Source of the DNA: an uncultured delta proteobacterium
GTDB taxonomy: Bacteria; Desulfobacterota; Binatia; Binatales; Binataceae
DNA: 64,000 nucleotides
Reading direction: 5' to 3'
Assembly (NCBI GenBank): GCA_963794325.1
Contig: CAWCDG010000004.1
Span: 1,440,001-1,504,000, forward strand
The first letter of the stretch is position 1; each line of letters begins with the position of its first letter. This document shows, piece after piece, positions 29,801 through 39,098 of the stretch. The position numbers and the translations under genes are program-made. Below the pieces are notes generated by a model. It was not told where the DNA came from, searched no databases, and worked only from the letters and a program-made list of their open reading frames with translations.

Positions 29801-30720
29801 ACCTGATTAATGCGTTCCCGACGTGTGCGGATTTCACGCTCGTCAATCCGCCCTCCTTCCCGGTGCCCATCAGCCCCGACTCGGGCATCGACCTGACGGT
29901 GCAGTTCACTCCGACTTCTGCCGGACTCAAGGCATGCACGCTGGAGGTAGTGACAGACGATCCGATCAATCCGTTCGAATTCCTGCCTCTCACCGCGACA
30001 ACGCCGACGGGACCCACGGAGCTGACCTTCCCCACCAGTCTCACGTTCCCGCCTACTGTAATCCAGTCGAGGGCGGCGTGTTCCGCGACGCTGGGCGTTC
30101 CGGTCGTCAATTCCGGTTCGTGCCCGGTCACGATCGACTCGGTGACGCTGAATAATCTATCGGCTACGCCGCCCGATTATACGCTGACCGGACTTCCGGG
30201 CCTGCCGCTGAATCTGGGAGCGGGCCAACAGCTTGGGGCTGGCGACCTTGACGTGGTCTTCGCACCGTTTACGTTGGCTCGCACGAGTACCGGCACAGTT
30301 GACGTGGAATTCGAGAACGATCCGATTACTCACACCTTGACCACGGTCTCGGTGCCGTTCTGCGGCGAGGCAACTCATCGCGGCATACGCGTGCTGGTAA
30401 CGCGGGGCGGAGTGCCGGTGTCGAAGGTGAAAAGGATCTTTCTGCAGACCGCTGATGGGCCTGAGCAGCCCGGCGGAAGATTCCAACTGCCGAGAACGAT
30501 CAAGAACGCGTCGTTGCAGACAGTAACCGGTACGCCGCCGTGCCCGTCGTTCCAATTCCACGGCGAATTTGGCGGCGAGAGCAATCCCTTCCAACTAAAG
30601 GATGGGACGTACCGGATCGTGGTTCAGATTAAGGAGGGCAACAAGCTCAAAACGAGAATCGTCCGCGTCAATATCGACGACTGTACGTTCACCCAGAATG
30701 TCGTAGTAGCGTTCCCATGA
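26860..30720 (+). CDS. Large secreted BNR/Asp-box beta-propeller protein (GH74/Vps10-like) with C-terminal Ig-like (ASH/choice-of-anchor D-like) repeats
   Basis: N-terminal signal; about ten S/T-x-D-x-G-x-x-W boxes; RASTYGRG; three repeats of the N-x-G-x-x-x-L/V-x-I type with F-x-P-T. Confidence 0.8.
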   Translation: MRFQFASLANGFRHRAVVFAAVLVIVPSLLMSASFSQDGPGAVKVAKHIPSDATALARIMSAQRASGGPIPPDAYQNAMKEWAAISTGSPVTTLSSTKSKALASSVTGLVWKPIGPSGITAGTSTWNGRIDSIAINPNNPNVIYIGATDGGIWKTIDAGVNWTPLTDHQPMLAIGEPGAIAIDPNNTNTLYVGTSSFLKVTGAQGTQLNTTIGVLKSTDGGASWIILGSGFPAGNNGNANQFVNQSIFGIAVDPADSNDLYLAASTGLFFSTDAGQNWTLGTGGGGGQADSLGFDASSPVGNRTLFAGINGVGIKRSIDGGNNWIQVLNSTTPAVAAQLTAHSTISSNATIGKVAISLAPSVGNAAGVQVIYATIEGRNGDFVPTPYTGILGIFESQDQGVTWTFQSAPVALQCQCFYTNTIAVDPGSPGDGVNDIVYWGGTDTFRSANSGVNFTDVTHGIHADSHSWGFAPGTPTIVYAGNDGGIWRTKDSGATWTGTGAGPATINAGGLQTGLLYHMDIKRNATADVTLGAFQDNGDNKWTGAPGWLNTLGGDGLNVIFDQQMVADAYAINNGGPNISTDSGSTWADITNNIPHADQQVQIFQNAISVDPNNAGFLYFSGAANPQNPGPATVPGQLFQSKNFGASWTAITTFSAVTNVGPSAVAPANSNNLAVIDGNTLYITPNALAATPSFTQIPGTPSRGITRMAFDPNDPTVLYFVTSGFSGFPGGHVFKVKFSVVAGPMVLPGSVVDVSPPIDVPFDGLALDGGTTPTTIYAGSDLGVLRSVDGGVTWTTLDALHFPNAIVSDLQINPTAGVLRASTYGRGVFEFAPATGPVIAVNPENNLEFGPTCAGSTVSLNLEVFNVGTTNLIINSVIRLAGSTDFTVAPNPMTPLTISPDAHVDFTIQFKPTILGPQSATIAINSNDPGSPQTVLTATGSEGSGTVTLTGSGAFGSTICAGPNRPTQTIKVDNVGTCDLHLINAFPTCADFTLVNPPSFPVPISPDSGIDLTVQFTPTSAGLKACTLEVVTDDPINPFEFLPLTATTPTGPTELTFPTSLTFPPTVIQSRAACSATLGVPVVNSGSCPVTIDSVTLNNLSATPPDYTLTGLPGLPLNLGAGQQLGAGDLDVVFAPFTLARTSTGTVDVEFENDPITHTLTTVSVPFCGEATHRGIRVLVTRGGVPVSKVKRIFLQTADGPEQPGGRFQLPRTIKNASLQTVTGTPPCPSFQFHGEFGGESNPFQLKDGTYRIVVQIKEGNKLKTRIVRVNIDDCTFTQNVVVAFP

Positions 30721-30734
30721 TCGTGTAGATGACG

Positions 30735-30766
30735 GGGCGGTCGCGAGAATCATCTCGCGACCGCCC
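30735..30766 (+). terminator. Intrinsic terminator-like hairpin
   Basis: 14-bp perfect stem GGGCGGTCGCGAGA / TCTCGCGACCGCCC, followed by TTCATTCATCTT. Confidence 0.7.
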
Positions 30767-30872
30767 TTCATTCATCTTCCCGCGCCCAACACCGCCGCCT
30801 TCACGCCGCGCATAGGGCTTACTCCTGCGCCGCGCGGTCGTGTAGAATCCCGTAGATCGAAGGTGGCGCAAT

Positions 30873-31916
30873 TTGAAGACTGGCATCATCGGCGCGCGCG
30901 GCGCCGGCAAATCAACTGTATTTCACGCTCTGACAGGACTCGCGCCGATTCCCGGCACCGCCGAGGGCCGCAATCGCGCGCGTCCGGGACAAATCAAGGT
31001 CGCCGATCCGCGGCTCGATTTGCTTGAAGAGGCGTACGGGTCGAAGAAAAAGATTCCGGTCGAGCTCACGATCCTCGACTTCGCGCCTAATCCGAAAGAG
31101 CAGAAAGAGGGCGCGGCGCTCGATCCGAGCCTGCTGCCGTTGGTGCGCGACATGGACGCGCTGCTGATCGTGATTCCGCAGTTCGGCGGAATGGAAAAAG
31201 ATTTGGTCGCGACGCTCGAGAGTATCGAAGGCGAGCTGGTGTTCGCCGACTTCGATCAGGCCGAGCGCCGGCTCGAGCGCCTCAAGAAAGAAAAGGGCAG
31301 CGACTTCGAGCGTGCGGCGCTCGAGAAAGTGATCGCATGGCTCGGCGAAGGCAAGCCGCTGAGACTGCTCGAATTGACGGCGCAGGAGATGCAAGCATTC
31401 TCGAGCTTTGGATTTCTCTCACGCAAGCCCGCGCTGGTCACCGTCAACTGCGAGATGGAACGAGCGTCCGCCGACGTCACCGAGGCGGAGCACGCGGCGG
31501 TGCGCGCGCATGGGCTCGAGGTCTTCAGGCTCTCGGCCGCATTCGAGTCCGAGTTGTGGGAACTCGACGAGAGCGGCCAGAAGGAAATGCTCAAGGACGC
31601 GGGCCTCGACGCGCCTGCGCGCGATCGATTGATCGGTGCGCTCTACAACCATCTCGGGCTGATCACTTTCTACACGGCCGGCGAGCCGGAAGCGCATGCA
31701 TGGTCGCTGCGCCGCGGCGAGTCGGCGCTCGACGCTGCCGGCGTGATTCACACCGACATCGCGCGCGGGTTCATCCGTGCCGAAGTCGTCAGCTACGACG
31801 ATTTTGCTGTCCACAAATCTGACGTGAAGGTCAAAGAGGCCGGCAAGCTCAGACTCGAAGGACGCGACTACGTGATGCGCGACGGCGATATGATCCACAT
31901 CCGGTTTAAGGTGTGA
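30873..31916 (+). CDS. YchF-like P-loop NTPase (DUF933/TGS C-terminus), divergent
   Basis: GARGAGKST; LITFYTAG, IHTDIARGFIRAEV, GKLRLEGRDYVMRDGDMIHIRF. Confidence 0.85.
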   Translation: MKTGIIGARGAGKSTVFHALTGLAPIPGTAEGRNRARPGQIKVADPRLDLLEEAYGSKKKIPVELTILDFAPNPKEQKEGAALDPSLLPLVRDMDALLIVIPQFGGMEKDLVATLESIEGELVFADFDQAERRLERLKKEKGSDFERAALEKVIAWLGEGKPLRLLELTAQEMQAFSSFGFLSRKPALVTVNCEMERASADVTEAEHAAVRAHGLEVFRLSAAFESELWELDESGQKEMLKDAGLDAPARDRLIGALYNHLGLITFYTAGEPEAHAWSLRRGESALDAAGVIHTDIARGFIRAEVVSYDDFAVHKSDVKVKEAGKLRLEGRDYVMRDGDMIHIRFKV

Positions 31917-31939
31917 TCGGCTACGCGCGAAGAAAAGAC

Positions 31940-32040
31940 GCCTGCGCGGCGTGCGGCAGGGGTGACCCCTGCAGCTCACAGTATTAAGAAAAGAAATCGC
32001 AAAATCGCGCGGACGCGCTTTTGCTCTGAGGGTCGGGGGA
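31940..32040 (+). repeat. Palindromic repeat family A, copy 1
   Basis: Core GCAGGGGTGACCCCTGC at 31956-31972, then AGTATTAAGAAA. Confidence 0.85.
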
Positions 32041-32089
32041 GACGTTGACAGGGCGGGTTCTCCTCCACCACAATCGTCGCGATTCAACC

Positions 32090-33227
32090 ATGGCTCTTTC
32101 CGGTTTCAAGATCATCGACGCGGACGGCCACGTCACCGAGCCTGCTTCGCTCTACTCGCGCCATATCGATCCGAAATTCCGCACTGCCGCAGACGCTATA
32201 CTGTCGCGGATCGGACCCGGCAACCTCGGAATCGTTCCCGCGATGTATCCGAAGTGGCGAACGGCGGAGCGTCCGCTCGGCGAGACGAACGAAGTGTCTT
32301 GGCCTTGGCAAATTGCCGTCGGGCCGCAACCATCCAATGGCCTCGCCTGCGGGCGGCTTCGATCCCGCCGAGCGTATCCACGACATGGACAAGGAGGGCA
32401 TCGACGTTGCTGTATGCTTCGCGACGGTCGCGACCTCAGTATGCGCCGCGACTGACCCTGCGATGGAAGCCGCGCTCGCGCGTGCCTACAACCGATGGGT
32501 CGGCGAGTACTGTGGCGCGTTCCCTTCGCGAATCAAGGCGGTCGGCATTGTTCCGCAGCGCGAGATGCACCGATGCGCCGAGGAGGTCGAGTATCTCGCG
32601 CGCGAGCCGTGGGCAGTCGGCATCATGACCTTCGGCAATCTCGATGGGATGCTACCGGACCATCCTTATTTCGATCTGCTGTATAGAGCCGCGCAGGAGG
32701 CCGACTTGCCGATCTGTTTTCATGGCGGCACGGATCGGCCGCCGTTCGCGCCTGGCCGCGAGGATGTCGGCAACAACATGTTCATGATGCATCTGACGGG
32801 CCACGTCTGGCATCAGATGCGGGTGATGGCGGCGGCGGTCGGCGGCGGACTATTCGAGCGATACCCGAAGCTCAGGATGGGATTTTTCGAAGGCGGAATC
32901 TCGTGGGTGCCGTGGTGGGCCGAGCGGATGGACGCGCACTACAAACACTTCGCGCGTCACACGCCGCATCTGACGCGCAAGCCGTCCGAGCACATGCGCG
33001 GCGATCGATGCTTCTTCACGTTCGATCCCGACGAAGCGATGCTGCCTGAGGCGATGCGCTTGCTTGGTGCGTCACGCCTGATGTGGGCGTCGGACTATCC
33101 GCATTTCGACGCCGAGTTCCCCGACGCTGCCGAAATCGTCGTGAACAACCCGCGGTTGTCGAACGATGAAAAGCGCGCAATCCTCGCCGACAACGCCCTC
33201 CGCTTTTTCACGCGCATCGCCACATAA
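32090..33227 (+). CDS. Amidohydrolase_2 family protein with an apparent +1 frameshift near 32299
   Basis: IIDADGHVTE in the first frame; DMDKEGID, AYNRW, ICFHGG, FEGG and WASDYPHFD in the second frame; removing one T of TCTT joins them. Confidence 0.85.
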
Positions 33228-33271
33228 GCCAACTTTCCAGACTCATTGAAGTAGTCGCGCCTTTGCCCTCG

Positions 33272-33430
33272 CCTCCCCCGTTCGTGGGGGGAGGCCGACG
33301 CGCGTCTTCGCGCGGCGGGTGGGGACCTTAGCTTCTGAATTTTTCCATTGCCAGAGAGGATGGCGCCGCACCAGACAATCGCGCGCCAATTGTCCCCCAC
33401 CCTAACCCTCCCCCACGAACGGGGGAGGGA
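33272..33430. repeat. Inverted pair of CCTCCCCC-n-GGGGGAGG hairpins (family B)
   Basis: CCTCCCCCGTTCGTGGGGGGAGG (33272) and CCCTCCCCCACGAACGGGGGAGGG (33406) are near reverse complements. Confidence 0.8.
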
Positions 33431-33431
33431 A

Positions 33432-33528
33432 TCAGAAAAAGCGCGTCTGCGCGAATTTGCGATTTCTTTTTCTTAATGTTGGGTGCAGAGCCTGTCCTGA
33501 GCCTTGCCGAAGGAGGTCACCCCCCGCG
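33432..33528 (-). repeat. Repeat family A, copy 2, with a 23-nt insert
   Basis: Reverse complement of the copy 1 layout; insert at 33491-33513. Confidence 0.8.
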
Positions 33529-33607
33529 ACGGTGTCGATGCCGCCCGCCGCGCAGGCGTCTGGAATTTGCGTTAATGCGATCGGGAGCGGCTTTGAATAT
33601 GGCGGGG

Positions 33608-33709
33608 AAAAAGTGCCGGCGCAGAGCGACTCGTTGGACCTGCGAGGCGCATCCGCGCCGGCGACGGACACGGGACCTTTTGTCACGATCGCGGCAAGCC
33701 CGCGATACG
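33608..33709 (-). ncRNA. Candidate small RNA
   Basis: TTTACT-17-TATAGT promoter (33716-33744), 5' hairpin ATCGCGG/CCGCGAT, 3' long GC stem followed by TTTTT. Confidence 0.45.
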
Positions 33710-33796
33710 GCGGCGACTATATTCCGCAACTCATAATAAGTAAAACGGTCGCGATGAGCACACTGTGGACAAACGGGGAATCAAAGGAAACACAGA

Positions 33797-33833
33797 CGCG
33801 GAGCGCCACGGCTATCAGCCGTATCGCTCCGCG
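33797..33833 (-). terminator. Terminator-like hairpin after the DUF1329 gene
   Basis: CGCGGAGCG..ACGGCT / AGCCGT..CGCTCCGCG stem with a T-rich tail on the minus strand. Confidence 0.55.
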
Positions 33834-33872
33834 CCGCTTCACTAATCAATCAGACAGGTGATGCGGACGCGC

Positions 33873-35171
33873 TCAAGGAGCCGCCGCCACCATCGATTTC
33901 ACTGTGCAGAAATCCTTGTCGATGGCGCCCATGTTGATGTACCAGCATTCGCGCTCGGGCGTGTGCTGGCCGGGCAGATAACACATCGTCGAGAAATTTC
34001 CCTGCGTGTCGATCGACGCCGCACCGACTACGAACTCGCGTTTGAACGGATAGATCGCAACGCGCGCATCGGGCACCGGGCGGTCGCGAAAAGCCAGCCA
34101 GTAGATGTGCGTGCGCCACAGATGACCCTTCTGGTCGTAGGTGTCCACGTACGGCTCGAAACACAATTCGCTGTCGATATAGACGTTGGTCGATTTATCG
34201 AGCGCACCGCTTGCCTCGGAGAGATCGCGCCGCGGAGTCGCCTCGACGATGTACAGATGGCGCATCTCCCAAGCCTCGGGGCATGCGGTCGCACCGCCGT
34301 CGTAGGGGCAGGTATCTTCGGGCGAATGCTCGGCGTGCACGCTCCCAAGCATCTCCCTCTCACCCAGGAATCGGTAGTTGTACTGCTCGGTCTTGGGGTT
34401 GAAGCCTGCATAGTGGTCAGGATCGTAGCTCTGCGCGCCGGTCGCGGTGGAGAGAATCGCCTCGCTCAGACGGCGTACGCGACGGGTGCCGGGGGTCCAA
34501 TCCCAGCTGTCGTCGCCGCGCTTCGGATCAGCGTAGCGATAGCGGATGAGTCCGGTTCCGCGCGCCTCTTGCGGAGCGAGCACCGGGTACAAAGCAAATA
34601 CCCATAAGCGCCCCGACTGTTTGAAGTCGGGATCTACCGGCAGCGGTTCGACTTCGGTTCGTCCGAACAGGTTGTAACCGGCGTAGTGACCGATCTCGAT
34701 GTCATCGATAATTTTCTGGTCCTGACCCGGACGAACGTACTCGCTCTGACAATCATAAAAGCGCAGATCGTAGTCGTCCGTGCTGATCGGGCGGAACACA
34801 TTGTTCCACATGATCTTGGTCGCAACATAAGGATCGTTCGGATCGATCAGCGGAAACGCCTGGCCGGCGACGTAGCCGACCATGCTGCGATGATCGTTGG
34901 TGAGCCGAACCTGTTGCGAATACTTTTCCGTCGCGTCCCGGTATGGCGGCGGCCAATCGACCCGCTCGGGCGCGATTATCTCCATCCGCATCCCATGTTG
35001 GACCGCGTAGTACACGCCGGGCGAAACCAGATCTTTGACCAGTGCCGCGTTGCTGGGCGCAATTACGTCGCCGGCCTTCACGACTGCATTAGCTGAAGCT
35101 GCGACAAGACATAAGCAAATCGTCAGCGTCCCCACGCCGAGCATCGTCTTCCCCAAAACATGCTTGACCAT
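33873..35171 (-). CDS. DUF1329-like exported protein (paralog 1)
   Basis: Signal peptide; YVAGQAFPLID, KIMWN, PGTRRVRRL, YDQKGHLWR; RBS GGAGGTG. Confidence 0.8.
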   Translation of the reverse strand: MVKHVLGKTMLGVGTLTICLCLVAASANAVVKAGDVIAPSNAALVKDLVSPGVYYAVQHGMRMEIIAPERVDWPPPYRDATEKYSQQVRLTNDHRSMVGYVAGQAFPLIDPNDPYVATKIMWNNVFRPISTDDYDLRFYDCQSEYVRPGQDQKIIDDIEIGHYAGYNLFGRTEVEPLPVDPDFKQSGRLWVFALYPVLAPQEARGTGLIRYRYADPKRGDDSWDWTPGTRRVRRLSEAILSTATGAQSYDPDHYAGFNPKTEQYNYRFLGEREMLGSVHAEHSPEDTCPYDGGATACPEAWEMRHLYIVEATPRRDLSEASGALDKSTNVYIDSELCFEPYVDTYDQKGHLWRTHIYWLAFRDRPVPDARVAIYPFKREFVVGAASIDTQGNFSTMCYLPGQHTPERECWYINMGAIDKDFCTVKSMVAAAP

Positions 35172-35293
35172 CAGGCATCACCTCCCTCCGTGATTAGAGT
35201 CAATTCTGGGTCTCGAAATTTTACGGAGTCAAGTATCTACCACCTAATATCATCAAAATGTGCATTAATTCTACTAATTGGCTGATACTGGGG

Positions 35294-35338
35294 AAAAAAG
35301 AAGCGGGGCGATGTGGCCTGTTTGCCGCATCGCCCCGC
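35294..35338 (-). terminator. Intrinsic terminator between the DUF1329 paralogs
   Basis: 15-bp stem GCGGGGCGATGTGGC / GCCGCATCGCCCCGC (one mismatch on the minus strand) followed by TTCTTTTTT. Confidence 0.8.
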
Positions 35339-35383
35339 CGAGGTTACCGGGAGCTAAGCTCCTGATTTATCTAACGAATCAGC

Positions 35384-36688
35384 TTACGGAGCTGCTTTCA
35401 CCATCGACTGGGTGGTGAAGAAATCCTTGTCCACCGCGCCCATGTTGATGTACCAGCATTCGCGCTCCGGCGTATTCTGTCCCGGCAGATAGCACATTGT
35501 CGCAAAACCCGACTGCACGTCATAGCGGGCCGAACCCACGATGAACTCGCGCTTGAAGGGATAGATTGCGACCTTTGCGTCCGGCACCGGGCGATCGCGA
35601 TACGCTGCCCAGAAGATATTGGTGCGCCACAGTGCGCCCTTCTGGTCGTATCCGTCGACGTACGGCTCGAACCATACTTCTGAGTCCATGTACACGACGG
35701 TGTCTTTGTCGAGCACATTGCCGGCCTCGCCGATGTCGCGGTTAGGCGTCGCCTCGACCACGTACATGTGACGCATCTCCCAATCCTCGGGGCATGCTGA
35801 CGCGCCGCCGTCGGTCGGGCAGGTCACTTCGGGCGAATGCTTCGCATGAACCACCGCGAGCATCTCTTTCTCACCCAGGAACTTGTAGTTGTATTCTTCG
35901 GTCTTTGGATTGAAGCCCGAGTAGTGATCGGGATCGAAGCTCTGGGCACCGGTCGCGGTGCTGTTGAGCGATTCGTTCAGGCGGCGCACGCGGCGGCTGC
36001 CCGGGTTCCACGACCAGGTGTCGTCACCCTGCTTGGGCGCTGCGTAGCGAAAACGAATCAGGCCCTGGCCGCGCGCTTCCTGCGGCGCGAGCAGGGGATA
36101 CAGGCCGAACAGCCACAGACGCCCGGTCTTCTTGAAATCGGGATCGACCGGCAGCGGCTCTACTTCCGTGCGGCCAACCAGATCGTAGCCGGCGTAGTGG
36201 CCGACCTGGATGTCGTTGACGATTCTCTGCTCATGGCCCGGATTGACGTACTCGATCTGGCAATCAAAGAAACGCAGATCGTAGTCGTCGGTGCTGATCG
36301 GGCGGAACACGTTGTTCCACATAATCTTGTTGCCGACTTGCGGGTCGTTGGTGTCGATGAGCGGGAAGGGCTGGCCCGCGACGTAGCCGATAAGCGATCG
36401 ATGGTCGTTGGTCAGGCGCACCTGCGAGGAGTATTTCTCGGTCGCGTCCTTGTACGGTGGCGGCCAATCGATGCGCTCAGACGGCACGATATCCATCTGC
36501 ATTCCGTGCGTCACCATGTAGTAGACGCCGGGCGACACCAGGTCTTTGACCTGCGTCGCGTTTTGGGGAGTGATGACGTCCCCGGGCTTAACTCCGGCCC
36601 GGGCGGTGGCGGCGAATAAACCGAGGCTCATTACGAGCGCGCCGACACCCGCTACTTTCCATGCGATGCGGGTAAAACGGGAAAACAT
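35384..36688 (-). CDS. DUF1329-like exported protein (paralog 2)
   Basis: Colinear with paralog 1; RBS AGGAGG before MFSRF. Confidence 0.8.
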   Translation of the reverse strand: MFSRFTRIAWKVAGVGALVMSLGLFAATARAGVKPGDVITPQNATQVKDLVSPGVYYMVTHGMQMDIVPSERIDWPPPYKDATEKYSSQVRLTNDHRSLIGYVAGQPFPLIDTNDPQVGNKIMWNNVFRPISTDDYDLRFFDCQIEYVNPGHEQRIVNDIQVGHYAGYDLVGRTEVEPLPVDPDFKKTGRLWLFGLYPLLAPQEARGQGLIRFRYAAPKQGDDTWSWNPGSRRVRRLNESLNSTATGAQSFDPDHYSGFNPKTEEYNYKFLGEKEMLAVVHAKHSPEVTCPTDGGASACPEDWEMRHMYVVEATPNRDIGEAGNVLDKDTVVYMDSEVWFEPYVDGYDQKGALWRTNIFWAAYRDRPVPDAKVAIYPFKREFIVGSARYDVQSGFATMCYLPGQNTPERECWYINMGAVDKDFFTTQSMVKAAP

Positions 36689-36923
36689 TCTTTGGGAAAC
36701 CTCCTGGGCGGCTGCGAAAAGGCAGGCCATGACATAGTGATGAACAAGCACAGCATCACATCGGTTCCCGGGAGACAATAAGAAGAGATTACTTTGTCTT
36801 CATGACGAGTCAGTAAACATAAGTAATGGTTATGCAAGGCACAACTTTGAATAATGAGCTAAATGGTTGATTTTACGGACTAAATGTCGGAAGAAAGGCG
36901 GGGGTGAAACCAGCCGGACTAAG

Positions 36924-39077
36924 CTATTCGTAGCGCAGGGCGTCGATCGGGTGGAGCAGACTCGCCTTGCGCGCCGGATAGTAGCCGAAGAACACTCCCA
37001 CTGCTGCTGAAAAGATAAAACCACCGATTACCGCAACCGGTGAGACCAGCGTCGGCCATTCGGCCAACGCGGAAATCAGCTTCGATACGAGGATCCCCAG
37101 TACGATTCCCGCGAACCCGCCGGTCACCGACAGCAGCATCGCCTCGACCAGGAACTGCAGCATGATATGGATGCGGCGTGCGCCGATCGCCATACGGATT
37201 CCGATTTCGCGCGTGCGCTCGGTCACCGACACCAGCATGATGTTCATGATTCCGATGCCACCGACCAGCAACGAAATCGACGCGACTGACAAAAGCAGCA
37301 TCGTCATCACTTGCGTCGCGCTTTCGGAGGCCGCCGCTATTTCGCTGAGATTGCGGACGGTGAAATCGTCATCCTGTTTCGCCTGTATGTGATGGCGCTC
37401 ATGCAGGGTGCGCGTGATTTGCGCCAACGCGTTGTCGACCTGGTCTGAGCTGGTCGCCTTGACGAACATGGCGTTGACGACGCCGGTTATCTTCGGCGCG
37501 CCGCCGAATGCGCTCGAGGCTTCGGTGCTCGAGGAGTAAACCGAGTTGGTGGTCGGCACTGACGCGTAAGGATTGGTCGCGTTGGCGGTCGCCACTGCCG
37601 CGGGCGCGGCTTGCGCGATGGGCGCCGAGACGCCGAGCACTTTGCGCTCAGCGGTGTTGAACGGGACGATTACCACGTCGTCCTGATCCTGGCCGTAGCT
37701 CGATTGTCCCTTGACGGCGAGCACGCCGATTACTTTCATCGGGAAGTTCTTGACGCGGATGGTCGAGCCGATCGGATTCTGGCCTTCGCCGAAAAGATTG
37801 TTCACCACTGTCTGTCCGAGCAGGCATACCGCGGCGCCCGCTTTTTCTTCGGAGTCGGTGAAGATGCGTCCGAGCGACAGCGGCCAATCGCGGATCGCAA
37901 AATAGTTCGAGGTGGTACCCTGGATATTCGTGCTCCAGTTGCGATTGCCCGAGACCACCTGCGCGAGCTGCCGATCCATATACGTCACCAGCGCGACTGG
38001 GCCGCCGCCGCGCGCTATAGCCTGCGCGTCGCCTACAGTCAGCGTCGAACTGCTGCCCAGCCCGCCGCGCGTGCCGTTGGCGGTGGTCGCACCCGGCACC
38101 ACAATCAGCAGGTTGGTGCCAAGGCTGTTGATTTGCGCCTCGACCGACGACTTCGCGCCGTCGCCGACCGCGACCATCGTGATCACCGCCGCGACGCCGA
38201 TAAAAATCCCGAGCATCGTGAGCGCCGCGCGCAGCTTGTTGCGCCTGATCGCGCGCGCCGCGGCGACCACCGCCATGCTCGTAAAGGTCCACGCGTCGTC
38301 CACGGCTGACGCCGCCTGCTGCCGCGATGCTCCGGTCGCCGCCGCGATCGCATCCGCGGCTTTGACAGCAGCTTGTTCGCGCTCGGCGGCGCCGTCCTTG
38401 CGCGTATCGGAAATGATCACACCGTCGCGAAAGGTGACGACCCGGTCCGCGTAGGCGGCCACTTCGGGATCGTGCGTCACGACGATCACCGTGATGCCCT
38501 GCTGGCGATTGAGGTTGGTGAGCACGTCCATTATCTCGGCCGAGTTGGTCGAATCGAGATTTCCGGTCGGCTCGTCGGCCAGCAATATCGAGGGCCGATT
38601 CACCAGCGCTCGCGCAATCGCGACGCGCTGCTGCTGTCCGCCGGAGAGCTGATTCGGATGGCTGTTCTCGCGGCCGGCCAGCCCGACCAGCTTCACCAGG
38701 TCGGCCGCGCGGCTCTCGCCGTCGGCGGTCCACGCCGAGTAGAACAGCGGCAGCTCGACGTTCTCGAGGGTCGAGGTTCGTGACAGCAGATTGAAGTTTT
38801 GAAAAACGAATCCGATTCGCTGGCTGCGGATCATCGCCAGCTCCGACTCGTTCAGTCGCGCGACGTCCTCGCCTTCCAGGATGTAACGGCCGCTGGTGGG
38901 CCGGTCCAGGCATCCGAGCATGTTCATCAGCGTCGATTTTCCCGAGCCCGACGCGCCCATCACCGCGATGAACTCGCCGCGCTCGATAGTCAGATCGACG
39001 CCGCGCAGTGCATGAACTTCGACCTCGCCCAGCACGTAGGTCTTGGTCATGCCAACGATTTGAATAACGGTATTCAT
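36924..39077 (-). CDS. macB: MacB-type ABC transporter, fused ATPase-permease
   Basis: GASGSGKST, LSGGQQQRVA, LADEPTGNLD; LTMLGIFIGV, GGIGIMNIMLVSVTERTREIGIR. Confidence 0.9.
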   Translation of the reverse strand: MNTVIQIVGMTKTYVLGEVEVHALRGVDLTIERGEFIAVMGASGSGKSTLMNMLGCLDRPTSGRYILEGEDVARLNESELAMIRSQRIGFVFQNFNLLSRTSTLENVELPLFYSAWTADGESRAADLVKLVGLAGRENSHPNQLSGGQQQRVAIARALVNRPSILLADEPTGNLDSTNSAEIMDVLTNLNRQQGITVIVVTHDPEVAAYADRVVTFRDGVIISDTRKDGAAEREQAAVKAADAIAAATGASRQQAASAVDDAWTFTSMAVVAAARAIRRNKLRAALTMLGIFIGVAAVITMVAVGDGAKSSVEAQINSLGTNLLIVVPGATTANGTRGGLGSSSTLTVGDAQAIARGGGPVALVTYMDRQLAQVVSGNRNWSTNIQGTTSNYFAIRDWPLSLGRIFTDSEEKAGAAVCLLGQTVVNNLFGEGQNPIGSTIRVKNFPMKVIGVLAVKGQSSYGQDQDDVVIVPFNTAERKVLGVSAPIAQAAPAAVATANATNPYASVPTTNSVYSSSTEASSAFGGAPKITGVVNAMFVKATSSDQVDNALAQITRTLHERHHIQAKQDDDFTVRNLSEIAAASESATQVMTMLLLSVASISLLVGGIGIMNIMLVSVTERTREIGIRMAIGARRIHIMLQFLVEAMLLSVTGGFAGIVLGILVSKLISALAEWPTLVSPVAVIGGFIFSAAVGVFFGYYPARKASLLHPIDALRYE

Positions 39078-39098
39078 TCCGATCGGCGCCCGCGGATG

